From the IMG/VR virus record IMGVR_UViG_3300015608_004971: a stretch of 64,000 bases of DNA; one strand, written 5' to 3'. This document shows positions 9,827 to 18,930 of this stretch, one piece after another; the stretch's first letter is position 1, and each line of letters starts with the position of its first letter. Under the pieces are notes generated by a model that did no database searches, was not told where the DNA came from, and saw nothing but the letters and a program-made list of their open reading frames with translations. The translations under genes were made by a program, and so were the position numbers. This stretch comes from a virus (lineage: Duplodnaviria; Caudoviricetes).

Positions 9827-11920
9827 ATGAAAACACTTAAGGATATAAATGAAATTTCAAGTTTTGCTTGCATGTCTCATTTCTTTGCAAATTGGAAAGA
9901 AATTGTAAAAACATCTGCACCAATTTCAGATGAAATATCATATATAAAAGATATTGATAAATCATTAAGTACTTTATATATAACAAATAAGATTGTTGCA
10001 GAGAAATATGCTATAGAAACTCTTTTTTTAAATCAAAAAGAATTGTCATCTTTATTATCATTTGTTAAAATTGAGAAAATTCCGGTTGATAAAAACAATA
10101 AATTGGAAATCAAAGAAGCAAAAGAAATTGTATTTCCAGAACATTATGATGCAAAAACAATATTTTTAAGAAACGATCCGAATCAAATAGGATTTAGAGG
10201 AATTAATATAAAATTAAATTCAGATACAGGAGCATTTTATCAATTTGGTGTAGATTTAGAACTAATAATGAATCATCCAGATGTTTTAAATACAAGAGAA
10301 GATTTGTTAAATTTAATTTATATGTCTCAAGATAAAAAAACAAAAAAAATTGATGCTGTTAAATTAACTTTTGGCTGGAATGATATTCCCGACGGAATGA
10401 ATACAGTCAATCTTTCTAAGTTTGATATAAAAACTACATCATTAATTTTAAATATGAGAACCTACTCTCTTAATATTGAAGAAACAGGAAAAACAGTTTT
10501 AACAATATCATTTATTGGAACATCTGAGAATGCTTATTCGGATTCTCAACGTTCAAATGGTGCAATTATAAGTGAATTTTATAATGAAAAGGCAGAAAAA
10601 TTATTTAATGAAATAAAAGAAAAAAATGATAGCTTTTTTGACTTATCAGAGACAGACAAAACAGAAGCATCAAAAAAAATCGATGAATTAAAAAAGATTT
10701 ATGATGATCTTATTTTCATTTCTTTTAAAGATACACTTTATGATAGTTCTTTTCTTGCTCTAACAGAGATACCAAAAAAAATCGGCTATACTTTTGTCGA
10801 AGATATAATAAAAACAACATTAATAAAAAAGCAAACAGCAAAAAAACTTGATCCTTTATATGCAAAATATTATGGAAATCTTTTTACTTTAAAAAACCAA
10901 ACCAATGAAAAACCAACAGGACAAGATCAGATAGAAGAATCCATTGTAAAACAGATTGTCACACAAATATCAGATGGATCAGAAAGATATTTTTATAATG
11001 CAATATTTCTTGGCGATATATTATCTTTTTTTCAAAGAAATTATAGATTAAATAATAAGACAAATATTGTTAATGAGATTGTATTAGGAACATTTGATGT
11101 AATCAAAAAAAATAGTGAATTATATGATACAGAAACATTTCCATTAAGTCATTTTATACTTCCGTTAAATCTTGTTTATGATTGGTTTTTTAATTTATTA
11201 ACATCTAATGGTGTAAATTCTTATACACTTTCTTTTAATGATATTATTGACTCATTATTCAATGATCTTGTTTTTAATTTATTGAATTCATATAACGAAT
11301 TAAGAGAAAAATATGTTCCAAAATCTGCTTTATTGTATGATCTTTATATAACATATGATAATAAATTCTTTCAAAGAACTGTTATTAATAATTTTGACTT
11401 TCCTAAAGAAATTAATTCTATTGATATCTCTAAATATAAAACAGATGATATTAATCCATTTTCTTTTTTATATATTTATGGACAAGGAAGATTTTTTGGC
11501 AATGGCGATGTTAAAGAAAATTTAAAAAATAATGTATATCATTTTTTTGTTGGCGCAGATACAGGATTTTTAAAAAATGTTAAATTTAATCCAATTCCAA
11601 ATGCCCAAAGAGCAACATCTATGCTTTATTCTGCATTATCAAAAAAAGAAGATATAAGAAGCTTAAAAGGAATTTCACGTTTTGACTGCACATTAAATCT
11701 TGTTGGTAATTCTTATTTTAAGCCAGGACAAGTTATTTATCTTGATATGTCCTTAATGGGCTTTGGAAATGCTGAGGATGAAGGCTCTATAGCTTTTCGA
11801 AATAATATTGGTGGATATTATATAATTACTAAAGTAGAGCATAATATAACGCCACACTATTTTGATACATCAATTATTTGTGTATATCATGATAGTGGTA
11901 AAAAAGGAAAACCAAATTAA
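9827..11920 (+). CDS. Baseplate hub-like protein
   Basis: C-terminal 'GNSYFKPGQVIYL...GGYYIITKVEH' typical of hub/gpD-like folds; position after tape measure. Confidence 0.5.
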   Translation: MKTLKDINEISSFACMSHFFANWKEIVKTSAPISDEISYIKDIDKSLSTLYITNKIVAEKYAIETLFLNQKELSSLLSFVKIEKIPVDKNNKLEIKEAKEIVFPEHYDAKTIFLRNDPNQIGFRGINIKLNSDTGAFYQFGVDLELIMNHPDVLNTREDLLNLIYMSQDKKTKKIDAVKLTFGWNDIPDGMNTVNLSKFDIKTTSLILNMRTYSLNIEETGKTVLTISFIGTSENAYSDSQRSNGAIISEFYNEKAEKLFNEIKEKNDSFFDLSETDKTEASKKIDELKKIYDDLIFISFKDTLYDSSFLALTEIPKKIGYTFVEDIIKTTLIKKQTAKKLDPLYAKYYGNLFTLKNQTNEKPTGQDQIEESIVKQIVTQISDGSERYFYNAIFLGDILSFFQRNYRLNNKTNIVNEIVLGTFDVIKKNSELYDTETFPLSHFILPLNLVYDWFFNLLTSNGVNSYTLSFNDIIDSLFNDLVFNLLNSYNELREKYVPKSALLYDLYITYDNKFFQRTVINNFDFPKEINSIDISKYKTDDINPFSFLYIYGQGRFFGNGDVKENLKNNVYHFFVGADTGFLKNVKFNPIPNAQRATSMLYSALSKKEDIRSLKGISRFDCTLNLVGNSYFKPGQVIYLDMSLMGFGNAEDEGSIAFRNNIGGYYIITKVEHNITPHYFDTSIICVYHDSGKKGKPN

Positions 11921-12636
11921 TGAAAAGTGTATTGCAAAAAGATAAAGACTATTTTGTTTATGTAACTCATATGCCAACTGGTCAAACAATCGAGTTTGAT
12001 GGATACATAAATTCTTTTTCTGATACAGTCTCACCATCGGTAAATTCTGAAGAAATGTATGGCAGAATGGACCCACTCCAGAAGTATAAAAATACAACGA
12101 GAAAAATTAGTATTGATTTTGATCTTGTTTCTGAGTGCGATGAAGATGGACTTGCAAACGCTTTAAAGGTAAAAGCTTTGCAAGGATTTTTATATCCTGT
12201 TTATGATGGTACGTCAAAATCATCAATAAATAATAATACAATTTCTTCAATATATTCGCCGCCATTAATAAGAATAGATTGGAATGTTCATCTTCAAGAG
12301 TGTTATGGTTATCTTGAGCCGATATCTGTTACATGGTCAAAAGAAGATCCGATCTTTTTTTATTCTGGTGATGATCGCGCATTAATTTTTGGAATCTATA
12401 GAATAAAATTGGCAATGACAGTTCTTCATGATTATAAATTAGGATGGAGCAAAGAAGCTGGCTTAACACCCGGCAAATCAGAGTTTGCCGCAACACCAGG
12501 ACCAGATTCTTTGGCTTTTCCAGGCGCTATTGGAAGTCGTGGATGGTATGAAGGAAATAAAAATAACTCAAAAGATTTGAGCAATACATCAAAAATAAAT
12601 AAATCTATTTCTAAGAAAGCTATGGGAATTAAATAA
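11920..12636 (+). CDS. Baseplate / tube initiator protein
   Basis: 'F..YI..FSD...YGRMDP...Y.NT.R.I...F', 'PPLIRI'. Confidence 0.6.
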   Translation: MKSVLQKDKDYFVYVTHMPTGQTIEFDGYINSFSDTVSPSVNSEEMYGRMDPLQKYKNTTRKISIDFDLVSECDEDGLANALKVKALQGFLYPVYDGTSKSSINNNTISSIYSPPLIRIDWNVHLQECYGYLEPISVTWSKEDPIFFYSGDDRALIFGIYRIKLAMTVLHDYKLGWSKEAGLTPGKSEFAATPGPDSLAFPGAIGSRGWYEGNKNNSKDLSNTSKINKSISKKAMGIK

Positions 12637-12981
12637 ATGAGATATAAACAAATAAAAACATTTAATAATGATAATGAGCTTTATAAGAAATTATTAATAG
12701 AAAAAAATAAACTTTTTATAAATCAATATGAAAGCTTAAAACTAAGAGCACTTCTTGAAAGTGATTATGATCAGTTTGATATTAAATCCCATGTTTGGAC
12801 GCAGGGTGATACTTTTGAAAAATTAAGTTCTTTATATTATTTGAATCCTAGATATTGGTTTATTTTAGCATATTTTAACTCTAAACCAACAGAATTTTAT
12901 GTTTCAAATGGAGAAACTATCTATATTCCAATGCCACTTCAAAAAGTTTTAAATTTTTATAATAGTAGCAATAAAGGTTAA
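12637..12981 (+). CDS. LysM-like baseplate wedge protein (gp53-like)
   Basis: 'HVWTQGDTFEKLSSLYY..PRYWFILA.FN...GETIYIP'. Confidence 0.75.
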   Translation: MRYKQIKTFNNDNELYKKLLIEKNKLFINQYESLKLRALLESDYDQFDIKSHVWTQGDTFEKLSSLYYLNPRYWFILAYFNSKPTEFYVSNGETIYIPMPLQKVLNFYNSSNKG

Positions 12982-12983
12982 AA

Positions 12984-13931
12984 ATGTTAAAAGATTTAAT
13001 CAAATCTAATCAAGATTATAATAAAATTATTGAATCATATAACTCAAAATATATTCAAGATAGAATTATTTCTAATCTTTATTTACCAAAATTAAATCTC
13101 TTGAAAAAGACAAAATATAATTTTATTGCTCTTGATTATATCGAGGAGCAATTTTCTGATTTAAGAGCCGATGTAATTAAATTTATCGATAAAGGAATTA
13201 TGCCGGATTATCCTGAACTTTATGGCATACTTAACCCTACCGATGTTTATTCGTCTATTTTTTCTGACAAATTTTCAAAGAACATAAAAATAGATCCAAA
13301 AAATATTAGATCTAATTCTGATTATATCAATCTACTGAGAACTGATGTTACAGAGATTGTAGATACTAAGACTGAAGCTAGCTCAGGTCTTCTTTTAAGT
13401 ATAGAACCTCCGTCGCCAATGTCAAGAGAAGAATTTGCATCATCAGACTTCTTCAAAAACTACCTTCTCAAGCTGGTTGAACAATATGGTTTTATTATAG
13501 ATAAAAACATTCCTTGGATTTTAAAAAGCAATATGCAGTCGCCATATGTTAAAAAAAACTATCCTACTTCAATAAAATCAAATTATTTTGAGATAAAGTA
13601 TCATCAAATTTTTGAATTTTATAAAAATATTCTTCAATATGAAAGTGATTCTATTATTTTATCTATGAGCAATCCTTATGAATTTACCTCCTATTGCGAA
13701 GAACAACAGAAATTTGTTATAAAAAGTAATTTTATAACAAATGTTGCTTTAAGTGATAATGATATTATTGATTTTATTGTTCATATTTTGGGTAAGCAAA
13801 ATAATTTAAATACACACAACATCTCATTTGTCAAAGAAGCAGTCAGTAAAACAGAGGGACTTGACACCGGCCAGAAGCTATGGTATGCTCAGAACATGAT
13901 CACAGCGCTTCAACAAGATCAGAAGCTCTAG
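12984..13931 (+). CDS. Hypothetical protein
   Basis: 315 aa ORF closing the structural module. Confidence 0.5.
   Translation: MLKDLIKSNQDYNKIIESYNSKYIQDRIISNLYLPKLNLLKKTKYNFIALDYIEEQFSDLRADVIKFIDKGIMPDYPELYGILNPTDVYSSIFSDKFSKNIKIDPKNIRSNSDYINLLRTDVTEIVDTKTEASSGLLLSIEPPSPMSREEFASSDFFKNYLLKLVEQYGFIIDKNIPWILKSNMQSPYVKKNYPTSIKSNYFEIKYHQIFEFYKNILQYESDSIILSMSNPYEFTSYCEEQQKFVIKSNFITNVALSDNDIIDFIVHILGKQNNLNTHNISFVKEAVSKTEGLDTGQKLWYAQNMITALQQDQKL
13861..13889 (+). promoter_or_regulatory. Sigma70-type promoter TTGACA-N17-TATGCT (extended -10), inside end of ORF
   Basis: Perfect -35, 17 nt spacer, TG before -10; about 100 nt upstream of the replication module. Confidence 0.7.
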
Positions 13932-13991
13932 TTCATATCTTCTTATATAATATCCTGAACATATATTAAGAAGCAATATAAAAGTCATATA

Positions 13992-14984
13992 ATGATTATA
14001 GATAATATATTAAAAAAATATTCCATGACATGGACAGGCTCATCTGATCCTTCTATTTTATCTCTAAAATCTCTCGAAGAAGTAGATTCTTGGGAAGATT
14101 GCAAATATTTTGCAGAGTCATATAATAAAATTCTAGCATTAGAAGAAGCAGAAGCAATATGTTATAGCAATAATAATAAATTGCTTTCTTTAGCAGAAAG
14201 ATTAAATGTCCTGACAGAACAAGAACAAAAAGAATTAAAAGAAAAGAATAATCCTGCATATAAACAAAATCTTATAATCCAGCTGCTTCTTGATGATATC
14301 AGAAAGCAAAAGATTTTTCTTCTTTCTGGAAAAGAAACAATTATAGATTATAATCAGTTTCATACATCAACCAGAAGATTATCTGACTCAGGAAGAGGTT
14401 ATAATATTTTAACAATAGCAAAGGATAAAAGAAATATTATTCCTTCTAATGACTTTTTATTAGAAGTTGATTATAACGCCTTTGAACCAAGAGTTGCATT
14501 GGGACTTCTAGGTTTGGAACAACCAAAAAACGACATATATTCAGAATTATTTCCATCAATATCAAGAGAGCAAGCAAAAAAGAAAATGCTTGTTTGGATG
14601 TATGGTGATAATAGCTCAAATGATGCAATAAATGGCCTAGAAAAAACGAAATTAATTAATTCAAGCTATGACGGCGAAAAAATAAAAACTATTTTTGGAA
14701 GGCAAATTTATTGTCCAAAGCAAAATATAATATCATATTTGATTCAATCAACAGCGTCAGATCTAATATTGGAAAAAGCTTACTTGATTAATAAATTTTT
14801 GAAAGCAAATAAATTAAAAACCAAAATATCTTATTTGGTACATGATTCTATAGTTTTTGATATTGCCAAAGATGAAAAAATAATAGTAACCTATATAGCA
14901 AAGTTTTTTTCTGATACAATGTTTGGTAAAATGAAATTAAATATTTCTTTTGGTAATGACAGTAACAACTTTCAGAGGATTTAA
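13992..14984 (+). CDS. Minimal family A DNA polymerase (palm/fingers only)
   Basis: Motif A 'LEVDYNAFEPRV', motif B 'REQAKKKMLVWMYG', 'IQSTASD', motif C 'LVHDSIVFD'. Confidence 0.8.
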   Translation: MIIDNILKKYSMTWTGSSDPSILSLKSLEEVDSWEDCKYFAESYNKILALEEAEAICYSNNNKLLSLAERLNVLTEQEQKELKEKNNPAYKQNLIIQLLLDDIRKQKIFLLSGKETIIDYNQFHTSTRRLSDSGRGYNILTIAKDKRNIIPSNDFLLEVDYNAFEPRVALGLLGLEQPKNDIYSELFPSISREQAKKKMLVWMYGDNSSNDAINGLEKTKLINSSYDGEKIKTIFGRQIYCPKQNIISYLIQSTASDLILEKAYLINKFLKANKLKTKISYLVHDSIVFDIAKDEKIIVTYIAKFFSDTMFGKMKLNISFGNDSNNFQRI

Positions 14985-14986
14985 GG

Positions 14987-15799
14987 ATGATAATAGGTAT
15001 TGGTTCTGCTGGGAAAAATATATGTTCGATATTATCAAAAACTGTTGATGATAATTTTCTTATTTTGGAACGAGAAAACACAAATCCTTTAGATTTAAAT
15101 TGGGGAATGGAAGAATATGAACGTCGTGCTGTGCTGGAAGAAAGTTGGTTTCAGCCCTTGACAGATGGCGAAGAGTGCGTTATACTCATGTCGTCTGGAG
15201 GCAACATTCAAGGAATAACACTACGTGTTCTTGAAATTCTTAAAAAAAGAACAGACAACATAATAGTCTTTTATATTAAGCCAGATCTTGATCTTTTAAC
15301 AACAGATCAAAAACTCAAGTATCGCCCAGTCTTTGGAGTGCTGCAAGAGCTAACTAGAACTGGCTCAACAAAAGAAATTTGTCTTTTTGATAACAATTTG
15401 ATATCGAAAGCAATTAGTGATATTGATATTTTTAACTATGAAGAAAAAATAAACAATATCATTGTAGAAATGATTTTATGGAAAATGTCTTGTCAAGCAG
15501 AAAAACCTTTAAAAGGCAAAATTTCTGAAAGAAAAGAATATCAAAATATCTCATCAATAGAGATTCATAATCTTGATAATGATGATATAATAAAATCATA
15601 TAATTTAGAAAATGTTAGACATATAAACAATTATATCTTCTTGAATAGAGAGCAAACATCAAAAAATAAAATAAATGACGTACTACATATAATACAATAC
15701 AATAAAAATAACGATATTAATTCGTCATACTGTATTGTTGAGAATAAGCAAAATATTTTAATAAAGTTAAACTATACACATATAATTCAAGAATATTAA
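14987..15799 (+). CDS. Divergent FtsZ/tubulin-like protein
   Basis: N-terminal 'IIGIGSAGKNI', degenerate signature 'SSGGNIQG', 'LFDNNLI'. Confidence 0.6.
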   Translation: MIIGIGSAGKNICSILSKTVDDNFLILERENTNPLDLNWGMEEYERRAVLEESWFQPLTDGEECVILMSSGGNIQGITLRVLEILKKRTDNIIVFYIKPDLDLLTTDQKLKYRPVFGVLQELTRTGSTKEICLFDNNLISKAISDIDIFNYEEKINNIIVEMILWKMSCQAEKPLKGKISERKEYQNISSIEIHNLDNDDIIKSYNLENVRHINNYIFLNREQTSKNKINDVLHIIQYNKNNDINSSYCIVENKQNILIKLNYTHIIQEY

Positions 15800-15854
15800 T
15801 TAAAACGCGAGGACAGAAGTATTAACTGTTCTTTTAACTAGGAGAAAAGTAAAA

Positions 15855-16655
15855 ATGGCATTAGATTTTTCAAAAATGAAACAAAAACAAAAAATGTTAG
15901 AGAAGGGTGGAAGCGATAAAGAATCACGCTTTTGGAAAGTTCCTGATGGAAAAAGTACAATTCGTCTTCTGCCCGATAAAGATGGCGATCCATTTAAAAT
16001 CATGTTTCTTCATTATGATATAAATGGCAAAACAGTTCCATGTATTTCAAAAAATTGGAAAGAGAAATGCCCAATTTGTGAATTTGCATACCAGATTTAC
16101 AAAGATAAAGACAAATCATCAGAACAAGAGAAACTTCTCGCAAAGAAAATGCTTGCAAAAGAGCGTTATTTTTCACGTATAGTTATTCGTGATGATGGAG
16201 TTTTACAACCAAAAACATGGTCATATTCTCCAACTGTTTATAAAGATCTTTTAGCATTAGTTCTTAATGAAGATTACGGTGATATCACCGATCCAAAAAC
16301 TGGTTTTGATTTAATCATAGATTATGGTAAAGTAGGCGGCAAAACCTATGCAGAAACCAAAGTAACACCAAAACGTAAAGAGAGCAAGCTAGCAGATACT
16401 CCAAGTGAGATTGAGCAATTAACTTCGGAGGATTTTGACGTAGAAACTCTTTATGAGCGCTTCTCAAAAAGTGATGTGCAAACAATGCTACAAGAGCACC
16501 TTGATAAGCTTGAAAAAGCAGCTTTAGGTGACACAGGCGAAGCTGCCCTATTAGAAGGGGGTGATCCAAAAGTACATTATGGTGCAGCCGCAAATAGCAT
16601 GACTTCTGAAGCTTCTTTGGAGGAAAAGCTGCAAGGCTTTCTTCAAGGTAACTAA
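15855..16655 (+). CDS. Single-stranded DNA-binding protein (gp32-like)
   Basis: 'FWK..DG...IRLLP', 'H..C....CPICE', 'DYGDITDP.TGFDL', acidic tail. Confidence 0.85.
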   Translation: MALDFSKMKQKQKMLEKGGSDKESRFWKVPDGKSTIRLLPDKDGDPFKIMFLHYDINGKTVPCISKNWKEKCPICEFAYQIYKDKDKSSEQEKLLAKKMLAKERYFSRIVIRDDGVLQPKTWSYSPTVYKDLLALVLNEDYGDITDPKTGFDLIIDYGKVGGKTYAETKVTPKRKESKLADTPSEIEQLTSEDFDVETLYERFSKSDVQTMLQEHLDKLEKAALGDTGEAALLEGGDPKVHYGAAANSMTSEASLEEKLQGFLQGN

Positions 16656-16691
16656 AAAAAGTAGTCTTTAGCGAGAAGTATTTAAAAAAGT

Positions 16692-16757
16692 TCCCACCAA
16701 ACAGATATTTTATTAATAAAACAGCATTTATGTCTGTTTGGTGGGATTCTTTTTTTT
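16692..16757 (+). terminator. Long stem-loop followed by U-tract
   Basis: TCCCACCAAACAGATA (16692-16707) pairs with TGTCTGTTTGGTGGGA (16731-16746), one G-U; T-run follows. Confidence 0.75.
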
Positions 16758-16771
16758 AAAAGGAAGAAAAA

Positions 16772-17935
16772 ATGGCACCAAGAAAAAAAGAAATAGTAGA
16801 AAAAGGAAAGATATCAATATCTCAAATTAGAGATATGATGAATAAAAAAGCTGGCCATGTCGTATCACATGATCTTTCAAAAGAAAATCCAACCGATGTA
16901 AAGGAATGGGTTTCAACTGGCTCTCATGTTTTGGATTGTATTATTAGTCAAGGAATGAAAAGCGGAATTCCCGCAGGAAAAATTGTTGAACTAGCGGGAC
17001 TTTCAGCATCAGGAAAGTCATATATGGCTGCTCAAATAGCAAGTAATGCACAGAAACAAGACTTTACAATCGTGTACTTCGATTCCGAATCTGCAATAGA
17101 TTCAGAGTTTCTCAAAAGATCTGGTTGTAATGTAGATGATATTGTTTATTGTCAAGCAGAAAATATTGAATTTGTTTTAGAGACAGTAGAAGATTTAATG
17201 AAAACATCTGATGATAAGTTTTTATTTATTTTAGATTCTTTTGCTTTCACACCATGCAAAGCTGATCTTGAAGGCGATTTTAATCCAAATTCATCAATGG
17301 CGATGAAGCCAAGAATTATGAGCAAGGGTCTCCAGAAGCTAATTCAGCCAATTGCAAATTCTGGCTCAATTTTTCTTGTAGTAAATCAATTGAGACAAAA
17401 TATTGTAACTGGACCAACAGCTCATATTGAAATGATGATGAATCCATGGATTGTTCCTGGCGGAAATACTCTTCCATATGCCTATTCTTTAAGAATTTGG
17501 CTTACAGGAAAGAAAAGCAAAGCATCATATGTATTGTCGCCAAATGGATTTAAAATTGGTTCTGAAACTAAGTGTGTACTGAAAAAATCGCGCTTTGGAA
17601 CAGAAGGCAGAGAATGCAACATTAAATTAATTTGGGGAACAGGAGAAGTTCATTGTAAAGATGAAGAATCTTGGCTTGATATTATTAAAGAAAGCGAATA
17701 TGTTGAAACTGGTGTTCGTTGGTCTATGAAAATGAAGGATGGTTCAATTTACAAATTTAGATCTGATGATTTTGAAAGTGAAATTGATAACAATCCAGCC
17801 TTTAAGCAGAGAGTTATAGAAATTGTTGAAGAAGAATTGATTACTAAATTTGCAAATCAAGAAGGCGACGCATCAAAATTCTATAATATAGAACATAATG
17901 AACTTCCCTTACAACAACCGGATGAAGGCGAATAA
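16772..17935 (+). CDS. recA: RecA/UvsX recombinase
   Basis: 'STGSHVLD', 'GIPAGKIVELAGLSASGKS', 'YFDSESA', 'FILDS', 'VVNQLR'. Confidence 0.92.
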   Translation: MAPRKKEIVEKGKISISQIRDMMNKKAGHVVSHDLSKENPTDVKEWVSTGSHVLDCIISQGMKSGIPAGKIVELAGLSASGKSYMAAQIASNAQKQDFTIVYFDSESAIDSEFLKRSGCNVDDIVYCQAENIEFVLETVEDLMKTSDDKFLFILDSFAFTPCKADLEGDFNPNSSMAMKPRIMSKGLQKLIQPIANSGSIFLVVNQLRQNIVTGPTAHIEMMMNPWIVPGGNTLPYAYSLRIWLTGKKSKASYVLSPNGFKIGSETKCVLKKSRFGTEGRECNIKLIWGTGEVHCKDEESWLDIIKESEYVETGVRWSMKMKDGSIYKFRSDDFESEIDNNPAFKQRVIEIVEEELITKFANQEGDASKFYNIEHNELPLQQPDEGE

Positions 17936-17952
17936 TAAAAAAAGGAAAATAA

Positions 17953-18930
17953 ATGATTTTAATAATTGATAGTCATAATCAATTTATTAGATCCGCTGTT
18001 GTGAATCCTACACTATCACCTTCTGGCCAACCAATTGGTGGTATTGTAGGATTTTTAAAATCACTTCAAAAACAAATTAGATTATTTGAGCCCGACAGAG
18101 TTATTCTTTGTTGGGATGGCTTTGGCGGCTCTACTAAGCGAAAAATTATAAATAAAAACTATAAAGAAGGTCGAGCGCCAATAAAAATAAATTGGCACAC
18201 AACATTATCGGAAGATCAAATTTATGCCAATAGAGCTTGGCAAATGGGCAAGCTAATGGAAATTTTAAATGAACTTCCATTTGTACAATTAATGCTCGAT
18301 GGAACAGAAGCAGACGATTTAATATCTTATATAAAAATAACATATTGGAACGAGGACAAGATAATAGTGTCATCAGACAAAGATTTCTATCAGATTGTTG
18401 ATGAAAAAACAAAAGTCTATCGCCCTATTACAGAGGAAATAGTAGATGTTCAATTTGTTCTTGACAAACATTTTATTCATCCTAATAATTTTGTAATAGC
18501 AAGATCTATTGCTGGTGATGATTCTGATAATCTTGATGGTGTTCGTGGCGCTGGCCTAAAAACGTTGTCAAAACGATTTCCAATTTTAAAAGAAGAAAAG
18601 ATTTTATTTTTGACAGATATTTTTGATGAATGCAAGAACAATAAAGATAAAAATAAAATAAAAATATTTAATGAAATTTTGTCATCAAAAGATACAATCG
18701 AACAAAACTATAAATTGATGCAATTATCAATTCCAAATATTTCTTATTCTGATAAAAGAACTGTAACAGAATCATTGATCGAGGAATCGTCATATGATTT
18801 TCTTGCATTTCAAAAGAAATTATTTGCACTTGGAATCGCAGAATTATCTTGGACAGATTTAAAGCAAGGAATGAAAAAAATATTATTGACCAATGAGTTA
18901 ATTGGCAAGGAAAATAAAAAGGAAGTATAA
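17953..18930 (+). CDS. 5'-3' exonuclease / RNase H (Pol I N-terminal-like)
   Basis: 'LIIDSHN', 'YKEGR', 'EADDLI', 'SSDKDFYQ', 'GDDSDNLDGVRGAG.KT'. Confidence 0.92.
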   Translation: MILIIDSHNQFIRSAVVNPTLSPSGQPIGGIVGFLKSLQKQIRLFEPDRVILCWDGFGGSTKRKIINKNYKEGRAPIKINWHTTLSEDQIYANRAWQMGKLMEILNELPFVQLMLDGTEADDLISYIKITYWNEDKIIVSSDKDFYQIVDEKTKVYRPITEEIVDVQFVLDKHFIHPNNFVIARSIAGDDSDNLDGVRGAGLKTLSKRFPILKEEKILFLTDIFDECKNNKDKNKIKIFNEILSSKDTIEQNYKLMQLSIPNISYSDKRTVTESLIEESSYDFLAFQKKLFALGIAELSWTDLKQGMKKILLTNELIGKENKKEV

